Shown piece after piece: positions 55,680-64,000 of a stretch of DNA of 64,000 bases. Numbering within the stretch: the stretch's first letter is position 1; the number at the start of each line of letters is the position of its first letter. Below the pieces are notes generated by a model. It made no database searches. It was given only the letters and a program-made list of their open reading frames with translations, and had not been told where the DNA came from. A program made the translations under genes and the position numbers. Location: assembly GCF_009914755.1 (NCBI RefSeq), contig NC_060940.1. One strand, 5' to 3'. This stretch comes from the human T2T-CHM13v2.0 reference genome, Homo sapiens.

Positions 55680-58600
55680 CTATGATACCATTCGATTCCA
55701 TTCAATGATGATTCCACTCAAATCCATTGGATGATTCCATTCGTGTCCATTCGGTGATTTCATTAGATTCCATTCGAGGACGATTCCATTCGATTCCATT
55801 CGATGATTCCATTCAATTCCATTCGATGATGATTCCATTCCAGTCCATATGATCATTCCATTTGATTTCATTCGATGATGATTCCATTCGATTCCATTCG
55901 ACGATTCCATTCTATTCCATTCGATGATGATTCCATTCGAGTCCATTCGATCAATCCATTCGAGTCCATTTAATGACTCCATTGGGTTCAATTCAATGAT
56001 GATTACATTGGATTCCGTTCTATGATTCCATTCAATTCCGTTCATTGACAATTTGATTCCATTCGATGATGATTCCATTTGAGTTCATTCGATGATTCTA
56101 TTCGATTCTCTTCGATGGTGATTCAATTCTATTATATTGGATGATTCCATTCGATTCCATTTGATGTTGATTCAATTCGATTCTATTCGATGATGATTCC
56201 ATTGGATTTCACTTGATGATTCTATTCGATTCCATTCAATGATGATTCACTTCTCGTCCATTGGATGATTCCATTTCATTCCATTCGATGATGATTCCAT
56301 TCGATTCCATTCGATGATTCCATTTGATTCCATGCGACGGTGAGCAATTCGATTCAATTCCATGATGATTCTATTTGATTCAATTAGATGATGTTTCCAT
56401 TCGAATCCATTCCATGATTATTCCATTGGAATCCATTCGGCGATGATTCCATATGAGTCAATTCAATGATGATTCCATATGGGTCCGTTCGATGATAATT
56501 CCATTTGATTTCATTCGATGCTTCTATTCTATTCCAGTCGATGATGATTCCGTTGGAGTCCATACGATGATTCCATTTGATTTCATTTGATGATGATTCC
56601 ATTCGATGATGATTACATTGGATTCCATTCTATGATTCCATTCAATTCCATTCGTTGATGATTCGATTCCCTTCAATGATGATTCCACTTGAGTTCATTC
56701 GATGATTCTATTCGATTCCGTTCGATGGAGATTCAATTCTCTTATATTGGATGATTCCACTCGATTCCATTTGATGATTATTCCATTGGAGTCCACTTAG
56801 TGAATCCTTTAGATTCTACTCGAAGATGATTCCATTCGAGTCCATTCGATGATACCATTCAATTCCATTCGTTGATGCTTCCATTCAAGTGCATTCGATG
56901 ATATCATTCGATTCCATTTGATGATAATTCCATTTGATTCCATGCGATGATTCTATTCGATTCCATTCAATGATAATTCCATTCAATTCAGTGATTCCTC
57001 TGGACTCCATTTGATGATGATTCCATTCAATGATTCCATTCGATTCTATTCGAAAATGATTCCATTTGAATCCATTTGATGATGATTCCATTAGATTCCA
57101 TTTGATGATTCCATTCGATTCCATTCGACGATGATTCCATTCGATTCCGTTTGATGATTCCATTCTATTCTATTCGATGATGATTCCATTCGATTCCATT
57201 CGATGATGATTGGATTCGATTCCATTGGATGATTTCATTTGATTCCATTCGTTAATGATTTCGATCAATTCCATTCGATGATTCCATTCGATTCCATTCG
57301 ATAATGATTACATCCGAGTCCATTCGATGATTCCATTTGAGCCCGTTCGATAATTCCATTTGAGTCCAACCAATGATTCCATTCATTTCCATTCAATGAT
57401 TCCATTCGAGTCCATTTGATCATTCCGGTTGGGTCCATTCGATGTTGATTCCATTGGAGTGCATTCGATGATTCCATTCGAGTCCATTTTAGGATTTGAT
57501 TCGAGTCCTTTCGATGATTCCATTCGATTCCACTCGATGATGATTTCATTCGAGTCCATTCGACACTTCCAATCGATTCCATTTGATGATTCCATTCGAG
57601 TCCAATTGATGATTCCATTCAATTCCATTCGATGATGATTCCGTACGATTCCATTCTGTGATGATTCCTTGTGATTGCATTCAATGATGATTCCTTTCGA
57701 TTGCATTCGATTATGATTCATTTCGTGTTCATTCTATGGTTCCACAGGTTTCCATTCGTGTCCATTCCATTATTCCATTCTATTCCATTTGATGATGATT
57801 CCATTCGATTCCATTCATTGGTGATTCCACTCAATTCCATTCAATGATTCCATTCCATTTCTTTCAACAATGATTCCATTAGTTTCTAATCGATGATCCA
57901 CTTGATTCCATTTGACGACGATTCCATTCTTGTCCATTCGATGATTCCATTTGATTCCATATGATGATGATTCCATTCGATTCCATACCATGATGATTCC
58001 ATTCGAGTCCATTCAATGGTGATTCCATTCAATTCCATTCGATGATTCCTTTTGATTCCATTCGATGATGATGGCATTCGATTCCTTTCAATCATTCCCT
58101 TTGATTCCATTCAAAGGTGATTTCATTCAAGTCCATTCGATAATTGCATTCGATTCCATTCTATGATGATTCCATTCGAGTCCATTTGATGATTCCATTC
58201 AATTCAAGTCAATGATGATTCCATTCGATTCCATTCGATGATTCCATTGGATTCCATTCGATGATGATTCCATTCAAATCCATTCGATAATTCAATTCAA
58301 GTCCATTCGATGATGATTCCAATCGAATCCATTCAAAGATTCCATTCAGTTCCATTCGATGATTCCCTTAGATTCCATTCGATGATTCCACTTGATTGCA
58401 TTTACGATGATTCCATTCGATTCCATGTGATGATTCCATTCAATTCTATTCAATGATGTCTCCATTTGATTCCATTCGACCATGATTGCCTTTGATTCCA
58501 TTCAATGATTCCATTCGGTTCCGTTTGATGATGATTCCGTTCGATTCCATTTGATGATTCCATTTGATTCCATTGGATGAGTCCATTCGATTACATTCGA

Positions 58601-61600
58601 TGATTATTCCATTCGAGTGCATTAGATGATTCCATTCGAGTCCATTCGATGATTCCATTCGATTCCATTCGATGTTGATTCTGTTCAAATCCATTCGATG
58701 ATTCCACTCGATTCCATTCGTTGACTCCATTTGATCCCATTCGATGATTTCCTTTGATTCCCTTTGATGATCATTCCATTTGATTCAATTCGGTGATTTC
58801 ATTTGATTCCATTCAGTGATGTTTCCATTCGACTCCATTCGATGATGATTCCATTCGACTCCATTCGATTATGATTTCATTCAATTCCATTCGATAATGA
58901 TTCCCTTCGAGTCCATTCGATGATTCCATTCGATTCCATTCAACGATGATTTGATTCGTGTCCATTCGATGATTCCATTTGATTCCACTTGATGATGATT
59001 CCATTCGAGTCCATTTGATGATTCCATTCAATTCCATACTCCGATGATTTCTTTTGAGCCCACTCAATGCTTCCACTCGATTCCATATGATGATGACTCC
59101 ATTCGATGAAATTCGATGATGATTCCATTCGCTTGCTTTCGATGATGATTCCACTTGAGTCCGTTAGAAGATTCTATTCAACTACATTCCAGGACGATTC
59201 CGTTCGAGTCCATTTGATGATTCCATTAGACTCCATTCGACGATGATTCCATTCGATGTTATTCGATGATTCCATTCGATCTCATTCGATGATGATTCCA
59301 TTCAACTCCATTCGATGTTTCCATTCGAGTTCATTCTATTATTCCATTAGATTCCATTCGATGATGATTCCATTCGATTCCATTTGATGATTGCATTCTA
59401 TTTCATTTGATGATGATTCCATTCGAGTCCACTCGATGATTCCATTCGAGTCCATTTAATGAATCCATTGGTTTCAATTCTATGATGATTACATTGGATT
59501 CCATTCGTTGATGATTTCATTCGGTTCCATTCAATGATGATTCCATTCAATTCCTTTCAATGTTTCCATTCAATTCCATACGATGATGATTCCATTTGAT
59601 TTGATTCGACAGTGAGCCATTCGATTCAATTCCATGATGATTCTATTTGATTCAATTGGTTGACATTTCCATTCGATTCCATTCGATGATGATTCCCTTT
59701 GATTCCGTTCAAAGATGATTCCATTCTAGCCCATTCAATCATTCCATTCGATTCTATTCAATGATGATTCCATTCATGTCGATTTGGTGATTCCATTTGA
59801 CTTCATTTGATGATGATTCCTTTCAAGTTCATTAGATGATTCCATTCGATTCCATTTGATGATGATCCCATTCGAGTCCATTCAGTGATTCCATTCGTTT
59901 CCATTCCATGATGATTCCATTCCTTTCCATTCAATGATTCCATTCGATTCCGTTTGATGATGATTTCATTCGAGTCCATTTGATGATTCCATTTGATTCC
60001 ATTCGATGATGATTCCATTCGAGTCCATTCGATGATTCTATTCGAATCCATTTGATGATTTCTTTTGATTATATTTGGTGATGATTCCATTGGAGTCCAT
60101 TCAATGATTCCATTCTATTCCAATCGATGATGATTCCATTAGAGTCCATTTAATGATTCCATTTGATTCCAGTCTCTGATGATTACATTCGAGTCCATAC
60201 GATGATTCCACTCAATTCCATATGATGATGATTCCATTTGATTCCATTCGGTGATTCCATTCTATTCTATTCAATGGTGATTCCATTCGAGTACATTAGA
60301 TGATTCCATTCGTTTCCATTCAATGATGATTCTATTTGTGTCCCTTAGATGATTCCACATGATTCCATTAGATGATGATACTATTTGAGCCCATCCAATG
60401 ATTCCCTTCGATTCCATTCGATGAGGATTCCATTCGATTCAATTCATTGGTGATTCTATTCAATTCAATTCTTTGATTCCATTCCATTCCATTCGACAAT
60501 GATTCCATTCGATTTCTTTCGATGATTCCACTCGATTCCACTTGACATTGATTCCATTCGATTCCATTCATTGATTCCATTTGATTCCAGTGGGTGATGA
60601 TTGCCATCGATTCCATTCGATCACTCCATTCTATTCCATTTGATGATGATTACATTCGATTCCATTTGATGATTCCATCTGATTCTATTCGAGGATTCCA
60701 TTTGATTCCATTCGATGATGATTCCATTCGAGTCCATTCGATGATTTCATTCGAATACATCCAATGATTCCATTCGAGTCCATTAGATGATTCCATTTGA
60801 TTCCATTTGAAAATGATTCTACTAGAGTCCATTCAATGACTCCATTCGAGTCCATTCAACAATTCCATTCGACTCCATTCGATGATTCCATTCGATTCCA
60901 TTTGATGGTTCCATTCGAGTCCATTTAATCATTACAGTCGAGTCCATTTGGTGATTCCACTGGATTTCTTTTGATAATGATACCATTCAATTGCATTTGA
61001 TGATGATCCCATTCAATTTCATTTGATGATGATTCCATTAGAGTCCATTCGATGATTTCATTCGAGTCCCTTCATTGATTCCATCCGATTTCATTGGATG
61101 ATGACTCCATTCGAGTCCATTCGATGTTTCCACTCGATTCCATTAGATGACTCCATTGGAGTCCATTTGATTGTTCCATTCGATTCCATTCGATTCCTTT
61201 CAAAGATTATTCCATTTGAGTCCATTCGATGATGATTCCATTCCATTCCATTCGATGATTCCGTTTGATTCCATTCGATGATTCCCTTCGATTCCTTTCT
61301 TTGATGATTCCATTCCATTCCATTCAATGATTCCATTCGAATCTATTCCATGATGATTCCTTTCGATTCCATTCGCTGATGTTTCCGTTCAATTCCATTC
61401 GATGATGATTCCATTCGATTCCATTCATTGAGGATTCCATTTGATTCCATTCAATGATGATTCCATTCTATTCCATTCAATGATTGCATTCAATTCCATT
61501 CAATGATTATCCCATTAGAGTAAACTCAACGATTCCATTCAATACCATTCGATGATGATTCCTTTTGAGTCCATTCAATGATTTCATTCAAGTCCATTTG

Positions 61601-61791
61601 ATGATTCCTTTCAATTCCATTCTATGATGATTCCATTCGAGTCCATTCGATGATTCCATTCGATTGCATTCGATGATTCCATTATATTCCATTCAACGGT
61701 GATTCCATTCGAGTCCATTCCATGATTCCATTAGAGTACATTTAATGATTGCTTTGTTTTCAATTCGAAGATGATTACATTGGATTCCATT
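55680..61791 (+). repeat. HOR unit 10, canonical 6112 bp
   Basis: Anchors 55680 and 61792; CCGG at 57425 and 63537. Confidence 0.92.
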
Positions 61792-64000
61792 CTATGATAC
61801 CATTCGATTCCATTCAATGATGATTCCACTCAAATCCATTGGATGATTCCATTCGTGTCCATTCGGTGATTTCATTAGATTCCATTCGAGGATGATTCCA
61901 TTCGATTCCATTCGATGATTCCATTCAATTCCATTCGATGATGATTCCATTCCAGTCCATATGATCATTCCATTTGATTTCATTCGATGATGATTCCATT
62001 CGATTCGATTCGACGATTCCATTCTATTCCATTCGATGATGATTCCATTCGAGTCCATTCGATCATTCCATTCGAGTCCATTTAATGATTCCATTGGGTT
62101 CAATTCAATGATGATTACATTGGATTCCGTTCTATGATTCCATTCAATTCCGTTCATTGACAATTTGATTCCATTCGATGATGATTCCATTTGAGTTCAT
62201 TCGATGATTCTATTCGATTCTCTTCGATGGTGATTCAATTCTATTATATTGGATGATTCCATTCGATTCCATTTGATGTTGATTCAATTCGATTCTATTC
62301 GATGATGATTCCATTGGATTTCACTTGATGATTCTATTCGATTCCATTCAATGATGATTCACTTCTCGTCCATTGGATGATTCCATTTCATTCCATTCGA
62401 TGATGATTCCATTCGATTCCATTCGATGATTCCATTTGATTCCATGCGACGGTGAGCAATTCGATTCAATTCCATGATGATTCTATTTGATTCAATTAGA
62501 TGATGTTTCCATTCGAATCCATTCCATGATTATTCCATTGGAATCCATTTGGCGATGATTCCATATGAGTCAATTCAATGATGATTCCATATGGGTCCGT
62601 TCGATGATAATTCCATTTGATTTCATTCGATGCTTCTATTCTATTCCAGTCGATGATGATTCCGTTGGAGTCCATACGATGATTCCATTTGATTTCATTT
62701 GATGATGATTCCATTCGATGATGATTACATTGGATTCCATTCTATGATTCCATTCAATTCCATTCGTTGATGATTCGATTCCATTCAATGATGATTCCAT
62801 TTGAGTTCATTCGATGATTCTATTCGATTCCGTTCGATGGTGATTCAATTATTTTATATTGGATGATTCCACTCGATTCCATTTGATGATTATTCCATTG
62901 GAGTCCACTTAGTGAATCCTTTAGATTCTACTCGACGATGATTCCATTCGAGTCCATTCGATGATACCATTCAATTCCATTCGTTGATGCTTCCATTCAA
63001 GTGCATTCGATGATATCATTCGATTCCATTTGATGATAATTCCATTTGATTCCATGCGATGATTCTATTCGATTCCATTCAATGATAATTCCATTCAATT
63101 CAGTGATTCCTCTGGACTCCATTTGATGATGATTCCATTCAATGATTCCATTCGATTCTATTCGAAAATGATTCCATTTGAATCCATTTGATGATGATTC
63201 CATTAGATTCCATTTGATGATTCCATTCGATTCCATTCGACGATGATTCCATTCGATTCCGTTTGATGATTCCATTCTATTCTATTCGATGATGATTCCA
63301 TTCGATTCCATTCGATGATGATTGGATTCGATTCCATTTGATGATTTCATTTGATTCCATTCGTTAATGATTTCGATCAATTCCATTCGATGATTCCATT
63401 CGATTCCATTCGATAATGATTACATCCGAGTCCATTCGATGATTCCCTTTGAGCCTGTTCGATAATTCCATTTGAGTCCAACCAATGATTCCATTCATTT
63501 CCATTCAATGATTCCATTCGAGTCCATTTGATCATTCCGGTAGGGTCCATTCGATGTTGATTCCATTGGAGTGCATTCGATGATTCCATTCGAGTCCATT
63601 TTAGGATTTGATTCAAGTCCTTTCGATGATTCCATTCGATTCCACTCGATGATGATTTCATTCGAGTCCATTCGACACTTCCAATCGATTCCATTTGATG
63701 ATTCCATTCGAGTCCAATTGATGATTCCATTCAATTCCATTCGATGATGATTCCCTACGATTCCATTCTGTGATGATTCCATGTGATTGCATTCAATGAT
63801 GATTCCTTTCGATTGCATTCGATTATGATTCATTTCGTGTTCATTCTATGGTTCCACAGGTTTCCATTCGTGTCCATTCCATTATTCCATTCTATTCCAT
63901 TTGATGATGATTCCATTCGATTCCATTCATTGGTGATTCCACTCAATTCCATTCAATGATTCCATTCCATTTCTTTCAACAATGATTCCATTAGTTTCTA
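61792..64000 (+). repeat. HOR unit 11, partial (cut by window end)
   Basis: Anchor at 61792; collinear with the canonical unit to the end of the window. Confidence 0.9.

Larger units (their letters stand above)
1..64000 (+). repeat. Human satellite II (HSat2/HSATII) array, CATTC strand on +; probably the HSat2B 6.1-kb HOR array (16q11.2-type)
   Basis: Continuous degenerate ATTCCATTCG-AGTCCATTCG-ATG(ATG) motifs with frequent TCGA and GATGAT spacers, which is typical of HSat2 rather than the purer (CATTC)n of HSat3. The 6112-bp period is seen directly. Subfamily and chromosome are inferred from the known ~6.1 kb unit of chr16 HSat2. Confidence 0.97.

Noticed and set aside
623-63833. Many 60-132 aa minus-strand ORFs (MESSNGIEWNH-type) and a few plus-strand ORFs
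   Set aside because: They are translations of the GAATG/GGAAT satellite strand. They are low-complexity, overlap in several frames, recur with the HOR, and are opened or closed by random SNVs and indels. There is no gene structure.
1-64000. CRISPR-like repeat-spacer array
   Set aside because: There are no unique spacers and no cas genes. The short repeats are contiguous degenerate satellite monomers.
1-64000. HSat3, or the chr1 HSat2A 1.77-kb unit
   Set aside because: Abundant CGATGAT/GAGTCC spacers indicate HSat2, and the period is 6112 bp rather than ~1.8 kb. The 1899-2013 bp offsets are one-off duplications.
1-64000. Strand inversion, alpha-satellite/CENP-B boxes, telomeric or G-quadruplex tracts
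   Set aside because: The CATTC orientation is constant throughout and I saw none of these motifs by eye.

Overview
The whole 64 kb window is one uninterrupted, single-orientation human satellite II (HSat2/HSATII) array. It is built from the degenerate (ATTCCATTCG)2(ATG)1-2 motif of 23/26 bp. I see no genes, RNA genes, transposons or inversions, and the ORF track is a translation artefact of the satellite. The motifs form a higher-order repeat (HOR) whose canonical length is 6112 bp. A ~6.1 kb HSat2 unit is what is described for the HSat2B array at 16q11.2, so that location is likely but inferred. Unit anchors fall at 623, 8670, 14705, 20817, 26929, 34940, 41052, 43456, 49568, 55680 and 61792, giving spacings of 8047, 6035, 6112, 6112, 8011, 6112, 2404, 6112, 6112 and 6112. 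Each non-canonical spacing can be traced to a specific event. These are a 2013-bp tandem duplication with 75+3 bp lost from the first copy (junction ~5143), a unique ~880-bp replacement segment (12039-12920), an out-of-register 8011-bp duplication (junction ~31965) and a 2404-bp duplication or 3708-bp deletion (junction ~41228). Shared variants also suggest an in-register unit duplication (~47.9-60.1 kb), conversion-like mosaic patches and a more diverged left end. I found no evidence of a novel gene-based system. The interest lies in the satellite's structural evolution.
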